DNA of 64,000 bases. Source: the human T2T-CHM13v2.0 reference genome, Homo sapiens. Location of the stretch: NCBI RefSeq assembly GCF_009914755.1, contig NC_060938.1, one strand, 5' to 3'. How positions within the stretch are numbered: the first letter of the stretch is position 1; every line of letters begins with the position of its first letter. The notes below the pieces were generated by a model that saw only the letters and a program-made list of their open reading frames with translations, did not search any database and was not told where the DNA came from. This document shows positions 1 to 14,600 of the stretch, piece after piece. A program made the position numbers and the translations under genes.

Positions 1-3000
1 ACAGTAGGCCTCAAAGCACTGTAAATGTCCACTTGCAGATTCTACAAAAAGAGAGTTTCAAAACTGTTCAATCAAAAGAAAGGTTTACCTCTGTGTTATG
101 AATGCACACATCACAAAGAACTTTCTCAGATTGCTTCTGTCTAGATTTTATGTGAGGATATTTCCTTTTCTAACATGGGCCACAAGGTGCTCCAAATATC
201 TACGTGCAGAGTCTACAAAAAAAGTGTTTCCAAACTGCTCAATCAAAAGAAAGGTTCAACTCTGTGAGGTAATGCGCACATCACAAAAAGTTTCTCAGAA
301 TTCTTCTGTCTAGTATTTATGTGAAGATATTCCCTTTTCCCCAATAGGCCTCAAAGTGCTCTAAATGTCCACTTCCAGATTCTACAAAAGGAGAGTTTCA
401 AAACTGCTTAGTCAAAAGAAGGGTTTAACTCTATGAGATGAATGCACTCATCACAAGGAAGTTTCTCAGATTGCTTTTGTCTAGATTTTATGTGAAGATA
501 TTTCCTTTTCTAACATAGGCCACAAAGCGCTCCAAATGTCCAAAAGTAGATTCTATAAAAAGAGTGTTTCCAAACTGCTCAAATCAAAGGAAAGATTCAA
601 CTCTGTCAATTGAATGCAGACATCACAAAGAAGTTTCTCAGAATTCTTCTGCCTAGTGTTTATGTGAAGATATTTCCATTTCCACCATGGGCCCCAAAGC
701 GTTCCAAATGTCCACTTGCAGATTCTACAAAAAGAGTGTTTCCAAACTGCTGAATCAAAAGAAAGGTTCAACTCTGTGAGATGAATGCACACATCACAAA
801 GAAGTTTCTCAGAATTCTTCTATCTTGTTTTCATATAAAGGTATTTCTTTTTAGACCGTAGGCCTCAAAGCGCTCCAAATGTCCACTTGCAGATTCTGCA
901 AAAAGAGATTTTCAAAACTGCTCAATCTAAAGTAAGGTTTAACTCTGTGAGATGAATGTACTCATCACAAAGAAGTTTCTCGGATTGCTTCTGTCTAGAT
1001 TTTATGTGAAGATATTTCCTTTTCTACCATAGGCCGCAAAGCACTCCAAATCTCCACTTGCAGATTCTACAAAATGAGTGCTTCCAAACTGCTCAATCAA
1101 AAGAAGTGTTCAACTCTGTGAGATGAACACACACATTCCAAAGACGTTTCTCAGAATTCTTCTGTCTAGTTTTTATGTGTAGAAATTTCATTTTCCACCA
1201 TAGGCCTCAAGGCGCTCGAAACGTCCACATGCAGACTCTACAAAAAAGTATTTCCAAACTGGTCCATCAAAAGAAAGTTTCAACTCTGGGAGATGAATGC
1301 ACACATCACTAAGAAGGTCTCAGAATGATTCTATGTAGTTTTTATGTGAAGACATTTCCTTTTCAAACATAGGCCTCTAAGCGCTTCAAATTTCCCTTGC
1401 AGATTCTACAAAAATAGTGTTTCAAAACTGCTCAATCAAAAGAAAAGTTCAACTCTGTGAGATGAATGCACACATCACAAAGTAGTTTCTCAGAATTATC
1501 CTGTCTAGTTTTTTGTGAAGATATTTCCTTTTCCACTATAGGCGTCAAAGCGCTCCAGATGTCGAACTGCAGATCCTACAAAAAGAGAGTTTAAAAACTG
1601 CTCAATCAAAAGAAAGGTTTAACTCTCTGAGATGCATGCACACATCACAATGTAGTTTCTCAGGTTGCTTCTGTCTAGATTTCATGTGAAGATATTTCCT
1701 TTTTCTACCATAGGCTGCAAATCGCTCCAATTGTCCACTTGCAGATTCTAAAAAAAGAGTGTTTCCAAACTGCTTAATCAAAATAAAGGTACAACTACGT
1801 GAGATGAACCCCCACATCACAAAGAAGTTTCTCAGAATTCTTCTGTCCAGTTTTATATGAAGATATTAACTTCCCACCATAGGCATCAAAGTGCTCCAAA
1901 AGTTCACTTGCAGATTCTACAAAAAGAGTGTTTCAAAACTGCTCAATCAAAAAAAAAGTTTACCTCTGTGAGATGAATGCCCACATCACCAAGAAGTTTC
2001 TCAGACTGCTTCTGTTTAGATTTTATATGACGATATTTCCTTTTCTACCATAGGCCGCAGAGCGCTCCCAATGTCCACTTTCAGATCCTACATAAAGAGT
2101 GTTTCCAAACTGCACCATCAAAAGAAAGGTTCAACTCTGTGAGATGAACGCATACATCACAAAGAAGTTTCTCTGAATTCTTCTGTCTAGTTTTTATGTG
2201 AAGATATTCCTTTTTCTACCATAGGCCTCAAGGTTCTCGAAATATCCACTTGCAGATTCTGCAAAGATAGTATTTCGTAATTGGTCATTCAAAAGAAAGG
2301 TTCAACTCTGGGAGATAAATGCACACATAACAAAAAGTTTCTCAGAATACTTCTTTCTAGTTTTTATGTGAAAATATTTCCTTTTCCACCACAGGTCTCA
2401 AATCACTCCAAGTGTCCACTTACAGATTCTACAAAAAGAGAGTTTCAAAACTGCTCAATCAAAAGAAAGATTTACCTCTGTGAGTTGAATGCACACAACA
2501 CAAAGAAGTTTCTCAGAAATATTCTGTCTAGTTTTTATGTGAAGATATTTCCTTTTCTACCGCAGGCTGCAAAGTGCTCCAGATGTCCACTTGTAGATTC
2601 TACAAAAAGAGTGTTTCCAAACTACTCAATCAAAAGAAAGGTTCAACTCTGTGAGACGAATGCACACATCATAAAGTACTGTCTCAGAGCTCTTCTTTCT
2701 AGTTTTTATGTGAAGATATTTCCTTTTCCACCATAGGCCTCAAAGCACTCAATACGTCCACTTGCAGATTCTACAAAAAGAGTTTCAAAACTCCTTAAAC
2801 AAAAGAGTGGTTAAACTCTGTGAGATGAGTGCACATATCACAAAGAGGTTTCTCAGATTACTTCCATCTAGATTTTATGTGAAGATATTTCCTTTTCTAC
2901 CACAGGCCGCAAAGCGTTCCAAATGTGCACTTGCAGATTCTACAAAAAGAATGTTTCCACGTTGCTCAACAAAAGAAAGCTTCAACTCTGTGAGATGAAC

Positions 3001-5610
3001 ACCCACATCATGAAGAAGTTTCTAAGAATTCTTCTGTCTAGTTTTTATGTGGAGATATTTCCTTTCCCACTATAGGCCTGAAATCGCTCAAAATGTCCAC
3101 TTGCAGATTCTACAAACAGAGTTTCAAAACACCTCAATCAAAAGAAAAGGTTTAACTCTCTGAAATGAATGCACACATCAGAAAGAAGTTTCTCAGATTT
3201 GTTCTGTCTAGATTTTATGTGAAGATATTTCCTATTCTGCCATAGGCCGCGAATTGCTCCAAGTGTCTACATGCAGTTTCCACAAAAAGAGAGTTTCCAA
3301 ACTGCTCCATCAAAAGACACATTCAACTCTGGCATGAACGCACGCATCACAAAGTAGTTTCTCAGAATTCTTCTCTCTAGTTTTCATGTGAAGATGTTTC
3401 CTTTTCCACAATAGATCTCAAACCTCTCCAAATGTCCACTTGCAGATTCTATAAAAGGACAGTTTCAAAACTAATCTATCAAAAGAAAAGTTTTAACTCT
3501 GTGAGATGAATGCACACAACACAAAGAAGATTTTCAGATTGCTTCTGTCTAGATTTTATGTGAAGATATTTCCTTTTCTACCATAGGCCGCAAAGCGCTC
3601 CTAATGTCCACATGCAGATCCTACAAAAAGATTGTTTCCAAACTGCTCAATCAAAGGAAAGATTCAACTCTGTGAGATAAATGCACACATCACAAAGAAA
3701 TTGCTCAGGTTACTTCTATCTAGATTTTATGTGAAGATATTTCCTTTTCTACAATAGGCCGCAAAGTGCACAAAATGTCCACTTGTAGATTCTCAAAAAA
3801 GTTTGCTTCCAAACTGCTCAGTCAAAAGAAAGTTTTACCTCTATGAGATGAACGCAGACATCACAAAGATATTTATCTGTATACATCTGCCTAGTTTTTA
3901 TGTGAGGATATTTCCTTTTCCAAATATTCACTTGCAGATTCTACAAAAAGATTTTCAAACTCCTCAATCAAAAGAAAGGTTTACCTCTTTGAGGTGAATG
4001 CACACATCACAAAGAAGATTTTGAGATTACTTCTGTCTAGATTTTATGTGAAGATATTTAATTTTCTGCCATTGGCCACAAGGATCTCCAAATATCCACT
4101 TACAAATTATACAAAAAGAGTGTTTCCATACTGCTAAATCAAAAGAAAGGTTCAACTCTGTGAGATGAACACACACATCATGAAGAAGTTTCTCAGAATT
4201 CTTCTGTCTAGTTTTTATGTGAAGATATTTCCTTTTCCACCACAGGCCTCAAGGCGCTTGAAATGTCCACTTGCAGATTCTACAGAAAGAGCGTTTCAAA
4301 ACTGGTCCATCAACGGAAATGTTCTTCTCTGGGAGATGAATGCGCATATCACAAAATGTTTCTCAGAATGCTTCTATCTAGTTTTTATGTGAAGATATTT
4401 CCTTTTCCACTATTGGCGTCAAAGCGTCCCAAATGTCATCTTGCAGATTCAACAAAAGAGAGTTTCAGAACTGCTCAAACCAAAGAGAGAGTTAACTCTG
4501 TGAGATGAATGCACACATCACAAAGAAGTTTCTAAGATTGCTTCTGTCTAGATTTTTTGTGAAGATATTTCCTTTTCTAATGTCAGCCACAAAGTGCTAC
4601 AAATGTCCACTTGCAGATCCTTCAAAAAGAGAGTTAAAGACTTCTCAATCAAAAGGAAGGTTTAACTCTGTGAGGTGAATGCACACATCACAAATAAGTT
4701 TCTCAGACTGCTTCTCTCTAGATTTTATGTAAAGATATTTCCTTTTCTACCTTAGGCCGCAAAGCGCTCCAAATATCCACTTGCAGATTCTACAAAATAG
4801 TGTTTCCAAACTGCTCAATCAAAAGAAAGGTTCAAATCTGTAAGGTGAAGACACACATCACAAAGAAGTTTCTCAGAATTCTTCTGTCTAGTTTTTATGT
4901 GAAGATATTTCCTTTTCCACCATAGGCCTTTAAGTGCTCCAAATGTTCACTTGCAGATTCTACAAAAGAGAGTTTCAAAACTGCTCTATCAAAAGAAATT
5001 TTTAACTCTGTGAGATGAATGCACACATTACAAAGAAGTTTCACAGATTGCTTCTGTATAGATTTTATGTGAGGATATTTCTTTTTCTACCATATGCCAC
5101 AAAGTACTCCAAATGTCCACTTGCAGATTCAACAAAAAGAGTGTTTCCACACTGCTCAATCAAAAAAAGATTCAACTCAGTGAGATGAACACACGCATCA
5201 CAAAGAAGTTTCTCATAATTCTCCTGTGTAGTTTTTAAGTGAAGATAATTTATTTTCCACAATAGGTCACAGGGCACTTCCATTTTCCACTTGCAGATAC
5301 TACAAAAAGAGAGTTCCAAATCTGCTCCATCAAAAAAAAGATCAACTCTGTGAGATGAACGCACACATCACAAAGAAGTTTCTCAGATTGCTTCTGTCTA
5401 GATTTTATGTTAAGATATTTCCTTTTCTACCATAGGCCACAAAGCCCTCCAAATGTCCACTTGCAGATTCTACAAAAAGAATGTTTTGAAACTGCTCAAT
5501 CAAAAGAAATGTTCAACTCTTTGAGATGAATGCACACATCACAAACAAATTTCTCAGATAGCTTCTGTATAGATTTTAGGTGAGAGTATTTAATTTTCTA
5601 ACATAGGCCG
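1..5610 (-). repeat. Alpha satellite sub-layer 'D': quasi-dimeric older monomer family (possibly the H1H2/OaNa SF8 type; assignment tentative)
   Basis: Monomers carry AAATGTCCAC and CTGTCTAG. They roughly alternate between GATTGCTTCTGTCTAGATTTT (XbaI type) and GAATTCTTCTGTCTAGTTTTT (EcoRI type). Confidence 0.75.
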
Positions 5611-8600
5611 CAAGAAGCTCCAAATATCCACTTGCGGATTCTACAAAAAGCGAGTTTCAAAACTGCTCTATCAAAAGATAGCTTAAAATCTGTGACTTGA
5701 ATGCACAGCTAACAACGAAGTTTCCCAGAAAGCTTCTGTGTAGTTTTTATCTGAAGATATTTCCTTTTCCAAAATAGACCACAAAGCTTTTCAAATATCC
5801 ACTTCCAGATTCTACAAAAAGAGTGTTTCCAAATTACTCAGTCAAGAGAGAGATTCAACACTTTGTGATGAATGCACTCATCCCAAAGACTTTTCCCGGA
5901 ATGATTCTTTTTAGTTTTTATTTGAAGATATTTCCTTTTCCACTGTAGGCCACAAAGGGCTCCAAATATCCACCTGCAGATGCTACAAAAAGAGAGATTC
6001 AAAACTGCTCAATCAAAAGATAGGTTCAACTCTGTGAGTTGAAGGCACACATCACAAAGTATTTTCTCAGAATGCCTCTGTGTAGTTTTTATGTGAAGAT
6101 ATTTCCTTTTCCACAATAGGCCTCAAATCGCTCCAAATATCCAATTGCAGATTCTGCAAAAACAGAGATTCTAAACTGCTCAATCAAAAGTAGGTTCAAC
6201 TCTGTGAGTTGAATGCACACATCACAAAGTATTTTCTCAGAATTCCTCTGTGTAGTTTTTATGTGAAGATATTTCCTTTTCCACTATAGGCCTCAAAGCA
6301 CTCCAAATATCCACTTGCAGGTTCTGCAAAAAGAGAGATGCAAAACTGCTCAATCAAAAGATGGGTTCGACTCTGTGAGTTGAATGCACACATCACAAAG
6401 AAGTTTCCCAGAATTCTTCTGTGTAGTTTTTATTTGAAGATATTTCCTTTTCCACAATAGGCCACAAAGGTCTCCAAATATTCACTAGCAGATTCTACAA
6501 AAGAGAGATTCCAAATGGCTCAATCAAAAGATAGGCTCAACTCTGTGTGTTGAATGCACACATAATAAAGGAGTTTCTCAGAATAATTCTGTGTAGTTTT
6601 TATATTAAGATATATCTTTTCCCAAAATAGGCCTCAAAGCCCTCCAAATAGCTACTTTGAGTTTCTACAAAAAGAGTGTACCAAAACTGCTCAGTCAAAA
6701 GAAACTTTAAACTCTTTGTGATCAATGCACTCATCACCAAGGTGTTTCTCTGAATGCTTCTGTGTAGTTTTTATTTGAAGATATTTCCTTTTCCACAATA
6801 GGCCACAAAGGTCTCCAAATATTCACTAGCAGATTCTACAAAAGAGAGATTCCAAATGACTCAATCAAAAGATAGGCTCAACTCTGTGTGTTGAATGCAC
6901 ACATAATAAAGGAGTTTCTCAGAATAATTCTGTGTAGTTTTTATATTAAGATATATCTTTTCCCAAAATAGGCCTCAAAGCCCTCCAAATAGCTACTTTG
7001 AGTTTCTACAAAAAGAGTGTACCAAAACTGCTCAGTAAAAAGAAACTTTAAACTCTTTGTGATCAATGCACTCATCACCAAGGCGTTTCTCTGAATGCTT
7101 CTGTGTAGTTTTTATTTGAAGATATTTCCTTTTCAACCATAGGGCACAAAGGGCTCCAAATATCCACTTGCATAGTCTACAAAAAGAGAGATTGAAAACT
7201 GCTCAATCATAAGATAGGTTCAAACGTGTGAGCTGAATGCACACATCACAAAGAAGTTTCCCAGAATTCTTCTGTGTAGTTTTTATTTGAAGATATTTCC
7301 TTTTCCACAATAGGCCACAAAGGTCTCCAAATATTCACTAGCAGATTCTACAAAAGAGAGATTCCAAATGGCTCAATCAAAAGATAGATTCAACTCTGTG
7401 AGTTGAATGCACAAATAAAAAAGAAGTTTCTCAGAATGCTTCTGTGTAGTTTTTATGTGAAGATATTTCCTTTTCCAAAATAGTCCTCAGAGCCCTCCAA
7501 ATATCCACTTCCAGATTATCCGAAAAGAGTGTTTCAAAACTGTTCAATCAAAGGAAACATTCAACTCTGTGTGATGAATGCACTCAATACAAAGAAGTTT
7601 CTCAGAATGCTTATGTGTAGTTTTTATTTGAAGATATTTCCTTTTCCAACACAGGGTGCAAAGAGCTCCAAATATTCACTTGCAGATTCTAGAAAAAGAG
7701 AGATTCAAAAGTGCTCAATGAAAGGAAAATTTCAAATCCGTGAGTTGAATGCACACCTCACAAAGAAGTTTCTCAGAATGCTTCTGTGTAGTTTTTATGT
7801 GAAGATATTTCCTTTTCCAAAATAGTCCTCAAAGCCCTCCAAATATCCACTTCCAGATTATACGAAAAGAGTGTTTCAAAACTGTTCAATCAAAGGAAAC
7901 ATTCAACTCTGTGTGATGAATGCACTCAATACAAAGAAGTTTCTCAGAATGCTTATGTGTAGTTTTTATTTGAAGATATTTCCTTTTCCAACACAGGGTG
8001 CAAAGAGCTCCAAATATCCACTTGCAGATTCTAGAAAAAGAGAGATTCAAAAGTGCTCAATGAAAGGAAAATTTCAAATCCGTGAGTTGAATGCACACCT
8101 CACAAAGAAGTTTCTCAGAATGCTTCTGTGTAGTTTTTATGTGAAGATATTTCTTTTTCCAAAATAGGCCTCAAAGCTCTCCAAATATCCACTTGCAGAT
8201 TCTACAAATATAGTTTTTCAAAACTGCTCAATGAAAAGAAAGTTTCATTTTTGTGAGATGAATGCACACATCAAAAAGAAGTTTCTCAGAATGCTTTTGT
8301 GTAGTTTTTATGTGAAGATATTTCCTTTTCCACGGTAGGCCCCAATGTGCTCCAAATATACACTTGCATATTCTACAAAAAGAGTGTTTCTAAACTGCTC
8401 AATCATAAGATAGGTATAATCCAGTGAGGTGAATGCACACATCACGAAGAAGTATCTCAGAATGCTTCTGTGTAGTTTTTATGTGAAGATATTTCCTTTT
8501 CCACAATTGACCTCAAAGCTCTAAAATATGCACTTGCAGATTCTGCAAAAAGAGTGTTTCAAAACTGTTCAGTCAAAGGAAAGGTTCAACTCTGTGTGAT

Positions 8601-11600
8601 GAATGCACTCATAACATAAAAGTTTTTCTGAATGCTTCTGTGTAGTATTTATTTGATGACATTTCCTTTTCTACAATAGGCCTCAAATCGCTCCAAATAT
8701 CTACTTGTAGATTCTACAAAAAGAGTGTTTCAAAACTGCTCAATCATAAGTTAGGTTCAAACCTGTGATATGAATGCACACATCACAAAGAAGTTTCTCA
8801 GAATGCTTCGGTGTAGTTTTTATTTGAAGATATTTCCTTTTCCACAACAGGCCTCAAAGCTCTCCAAATATCCACTTGCTGATTCTGCAAAAAGAGTGTT
8901 TCAAAACTGCTCAATAAAAATAAAGGTTCAACTCTGTGTGATGAATGCACTCATCAGAAACAATTTTCTCAGAATGCTTCTGTGTAGTTTTTATTTGAAG
9001 ATATTTCCTATTCCACCATAGGGCACAAAGGGCTCAAAATATCCACTTGCAGATTCTACAAAAAGAGATTCAAAAGTGCTCAATGACAAGATAAGTCCAG
9101 CTCTGTGAGTTGAATGCACAACTCACAAAGAAGTTTCTCAGAATGCTTCTGTGTAGTTTTTATGTGAAGGTCTTTCCTTTTCCAAAATAGGTCTCAAAGC
9201 TCTCCAAATATCCACTTGCAGATACTTCAAAAAGAGAGATTCAAAACTGTTCATTCAAAAGATATGTCTGACACTGTGAGTTGAAAGCACACATCACAAA
9301 GAAGTGTCTCAGACTACTTCTGTGTAGTTTTTATGGGAAGATAATTGATTTTCCACAGTAGGCCTCAAAGTGCTCCAAATATCCACTTGCAGATACGGCA
9401 AAAAGGGAGATTCAAAACTACTCAATTAAAAGATATGTTCAACTCTGTGAGTTGAAAGCAAACCTCACAAAGAAGTTTCTCAGAATTCTTCTGCATAGTT
9501 TTTATGTGCAGATATTTCCTTTTCCACAATAGGCCTCAAAAGGCTCCAATTATCCACTTGCAGATTCTACAAAAAGAGTGTTTCAAAAGTGCTGAATCAA
9601 AAGAAAGTTTCAACTCTGTGAGATGAATACACACAACACAAAGAAGTTTCTCAGAATGCTTCTGTGTAGTTTTAATGTGAGGATATTTGCTTTTCCACGG
9701 AGGCCTCTAAGGGCTCTAAATATAAACTTGCAGATACTACAAAAAGAATGTTTCAAAACTGCTCAATCATAAGATAGGTTCATCCCCGAAAGACGAATGC
9801 ACACATCTCAAAGAAGTTTCTCAGAATGCTTCTGTGTAGTTTTTATTTGAAGATATTTCCTTTTCTACCATAGGTCAAAAAGGGCTCCAAATATCCACTT
9901 GCAGATTCTTCAAAAAGAGAGATTAAAAACTGCTCATTCAAAAGATAGGTTCAACTATGTGATTTGAAAGCACACATGACAAAGAAGTTTCTCAGAATGC
10001 TTCTGTGTAGTTTTTATGGAAGATATTTGATTTTCCAATGTAGGTCTCAAAGTGCTCCAAATATCCTCTTGCAGATTCTACAGAACGAGTGTTTCAAAAC
10101 TGCTCAGTCAAAAGAAAGTTTCAACTCTGTGAGATGAATGCACACATCGCAAGGAAGTTTCTCTGAATGCTTCTTTGTAGTTTTTATTTGAAAATATTTC
10201 CTTGTCCACCACAGGGCACTAAGGGCTCCAAATATCCACTTGCAGATTCTACAAAAAGAGAGATTCAAAACTGCTCAATCAAAAAATAGGTTCAACTGCG
10301 TGAGTTGAATGCACACATCACAATGAAGTTTCTCAGAATGCTTCTGTGTAGTTTTTATTTGAGGATATTTCCTTTTCCACCAAATAACCCTTTGTAGATT
10401 CTACAAAAACAGTGTTTCAAAACATCTCTATCAAAAGAAAGGATCAATTCTGTGACATGAGTGTACTAATCACAAAGAGGTTTCCCAGAATACTTTTGTG
10501 TAGTTTTTATGTGAAGATATTTGATTTTCCACAGTAGGTCTCAAAGAGCTCCAAATATCTACTCTCAGATTCTGCAAAAAAGAGAGATTCAAAACTGCTG
10601 AATCAAAAGATAGATTCAACTTTTTGAGTTCAATGCACACCTCACAAAGAAGTTTCTCAGAATGCTTCTGTGTAGTTTTTATATGAAGATATCTCCTTCT
10701 CCAAAATAGTACTCAAAGCCCTCCAAATATTCACTTTCAGATTCTACGGAAAGAATGTCTCAAAACTGATCAATCAAAACAATCGTTCAACTCTGTGTGA
10801 TGAATGCACTCATCACAAAGTAGTTTCTCTGAATGCTTCTGTGTAGTTTTTATTTGAAGATATTTGCTTTTCCACTATTGGGTGAAATAGGGCCTCAAAT
10901 AACCACTTGCAGATTCTACAAAAAGAGAGATTCTAAACTACTCAATCAAAAGACAGGTTCCACCCTGTGAGATGAATGCAAACATCATAAAGATGTTTCT
11001 CAGAATGCTTCTGTGTAGTTTTTATTTGATGATATTTCCTTTTCCACCATAGGCTGCTAAGGGCTCCAAATATCCACTTGCAGATTCTACAAAAAGAGAT
11101 AATCTAAATGGCTCAATCGAAAGATAGGTTCAATTCTGTGAGTTCAATGCATACCTCACAAAGAAGTTTCTCAGAATGCTTTTGTGTAGTTTTTATGTGA
11201 AGATATTTCCTTTTCCACAATAGGCCTCAAATCTCTCCAAATATTCACTTGCAGATTCTACAGAAAGAGAGACTCAATGCTGCTCAATGAAAAGATAGGT
11301 TCAACTCTGTGAGTTGAATGCACACCTCCCTAAGAAGTTTCCCAGAATGTTTCTGTGTAGTTTTTATGTGAAGATATTTGATTTTCCACATTTGGCCTCA
11401 AAACACTAAAATATCCACCTACAGATCCTGAAAAAAGAGTGTTTCAAAACTGCTCAATCAAAGGAAAGGTTCAACTCTCTGTGATGAATGTACTCACCAC
11501 GAAGAAGTTTCTCTGAATGCTTCTGTGTATTATTTATTTGAAAATATTTCCTTTTCCACCATAGGCTGCAAAGGGCTCCAAATATCCACTTGCAGATTCC

Positions 11601-14600
11601 ACAAAAAGAGAGTTTCAAAACTGCTCAATCAAAAGATAGGTTCAACTCTGTGAAGTGAAAGCACACATCACAAATAAGTTTCTTAGAATGCTTCTGTGTA
11701 GTTTTTATGTGAAGATATTTCCTTTTCCACAGTAGGCCTCAAATAGCTCCAAATATCCACTTGCCGATTCTACAGAAAGAGTGTTTCAAAACTGCTCAAT
11801 CAAAAGAAAAGTTCAACTCTGTGAGATGAATGCACACTTCACAAGGAAGTTTCTTTGAATGCTTCTGTGTAGTTTTTATTTGAAGATATTTCCTTTTCCA
11901 CCACAGGGCACAAAGGGCTCCAAATATCCACTTGCAGTTTCTACAAAAAGAGTTTTTCAAAACTGCTCAATCAATAGATAGGTTCAACTCTGTGAGTTGA
12001 ATGCACACAAAACAATGAAGTTTCTCAGAATGCTTCTGTGTATTTTTTATTTTAGGATATATCTTTCCACAATAGGCCTCAAAACTCTCCAAATTGATTC
12101 TGCAAAAAGGGCGTTTCAAAACTGCTCAATAAAAAGAAAGGTTCAACCCTGTTTGAGGAATGAATTAATCACAAAAAATTTTCTCTGAATTCTTCTGTGT
12201 ACTATTTATGTGAAGATATTTTCTTTTCCACCATAGGGCACTAAGGGCTCCAAATATCCACTTGCAGATTCTACAAAAAGAGAGATTCAAAAGTACTCAA
12301 TGAAAAGATTAGTTCAACTCTGCGAGTTAAATGCACACCTCACAAAGAAGTTTCTCAGAATGCTTCTGTGTAGTTTTTTAATGAAGATATTTCCTTTTCC
12401 AAAATCAGCCCCAAATCTCTCCAAATATCCACTTGCAGATTCTGCAAAAAGAGAGATTCGAAACTGTTCAACCAAAAAATATGTTCGAGTCTGTGTGTTG
12501 AATGCACACATCACAAAGAAGTTTCTCAGAATGCTTCTGTGTAGTTTTTATGTGAAGATATTGGTTTTTCCACAGTAGGCCCCAATGAGCTCCAAATATT
12601 CACTTGCAGATTCTACAAAAAGAGTGTTTCAAAAGTGCTCAATAATAAAATAGGATCAACCCTGTGAGATGAATGTACGTATGACAAAGAAGTTTCTCAG
12701 AATGCTTCTGTGCAGTTTTTATGGGAAGATATTTGATTTTCCACAGTAGACCTCAAAGTTCTCCAAATATCCACTTGCAGATTCTGCAAAAAGAGAGATT
12801 CAAAACTGCTCAATCGAAAGATAGGTTCAACTCTATTAGTTGAAAGACCACATCACAAAGAAGTTTCTCAGAATGCTTCTGTGTAGTTTTTATGTGAAGA
12901 TATTTGGTTTTCCACAGTAGGCCACAAAGCGCTCCAAATATTCACTCACAGATTCTGCAAAAAGAGAGATTCAAAACTGCTGAATCAAAAGGTAGTTTTA
13001 ACTCTGTGACTTCAGTGCACACCTCACAAAGATGTTTCTCAGAATGCTTCTGTATAGTTTTTATATGAAGATATCTCCTTCTCCAAAATAGATCTCAAAG
13101 CCCTCCAAATATTCACTTCCAGATCCTATGGAAAGATGGTCTCAAAACTGCTCAAGCAAAACAAAGGTTCAACTCTGTGAGATGAATGCACACATCACGA
13201 AGAAGTTTCTCAGAATACTTCTGTGTAGTTTTTATTTGAGGATAGTTCCTTTTCCACCATAGACCACAAAGGGTTCCAAATATCCACTTGCAGATGGTAC
13301 AAAAAGAGAGATTCAAAACTGCTCAATCAAAAGATAGGTTCAACTCTGTGGTTGAATGCACACCTCACAAAGAAGTTTCTCAGAATGCTTCTGTCTAGTT
13401 TTTATTTGAAGGTATTTCCTTTTCCACTATAGGCCACAAACGTCTCCAAATAGCCACATGCAGCTTCTACAAAAAGAGAGATTCAAAACTGCTCAATCAA
13501 AAGATAGGTTCAACTCTGTGGTTGAATGCACACCTCACAAAGAAGTTTCTCAGAATGCTTCTGTGTGTTTTTATGTGAAGATATTTCCTTTTCCACAATA
13601 GGCCTCAAAGCTCTCCAAATATCCGCAAGCAGAGTCTACAAAAAGAGAGATTCAAAACTGCTCAATGAAAAGATAGGTTCAACTCTGTGAGTTGAATGCA
13701 CATCTCACAAAGAAGTTTCTCAGAATGCTTCTGTGTAGTTTTTATGTGAAGATATTTACTTTTCCACAATTGTCCCAAAGCTCTAAAATATCCACTTGCA
13801 GACCCTCTAAAAGAGTGTTTCAGAGTTGCTCAATCAAAGGAAAGGATCAACTCTGTGTGACGAATGCACTCATCACAAAGAAGTTTGTCTGAATGCTTCT
13901 GTGTAGAATTGATTTCAAGATAATTTCTTTTCCACCACAGTCTACAAAGGACTAAAAATATCCACTTGCAGATTCTACAAAAAGGGAGATTCAAAACTGC
14001 TCAATCACAAGATAGGTTCAACTCGGTGATTAGGAAGCACACATGACAAACAATTTCTGAGAATGCTTCTGTGTAGTTTTTAAGGGAAGATATTTGATTT
14101 TCAAAAGTAGGCCTCAAAGCGCTCCAAATATCCACTTGCAGATTCTGAAAAAAGAGAGATTCAAAACTCCTCAATCAAAAGATAGCTTCTACTCTGTGAG
14201 TTGAATGCAAACCTCACAAAGATGTTTCTCAGAAGGCTTCTGTGTAGTTTTTATCGGAAGATATTTGCTTTTCCACAATATTCCTCAAATCTCCCCAATT
14301 ATCCACTTGCAGATTCTACAAAAAGAGTGTTTCAAAACTGCTCAATCAAAATAAAGTTTCAACTTTGTGAGATCAATGCACACATCACAAAGAAGTTTCT
14401 CAGAATGCTTCTGTATAGTTTTTATCTGAAGTTATTTGCTTTTCCACGATAGACCTCAAAGGACACCAAATATCCACTTGCAGATCCTATGAAAAGAGTG
14501 TTCCCAAACTGGTCAATCATAAGATAGGTTTAACTTTTTGAGTTGAATGCACAATCACAAAGAAGTTTCTCAGAATGCCTCTGTGTAGTTTTTGTTTGAA

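Noticed and set aside
13300-13565. Adjacent monomers sharing a 1-bp deletion (CTGTGGTTGAATG twice, offset 170)
   Set aside because: This is a real but small local duplication or conversion that adds nothing beyond the larger examples reported.
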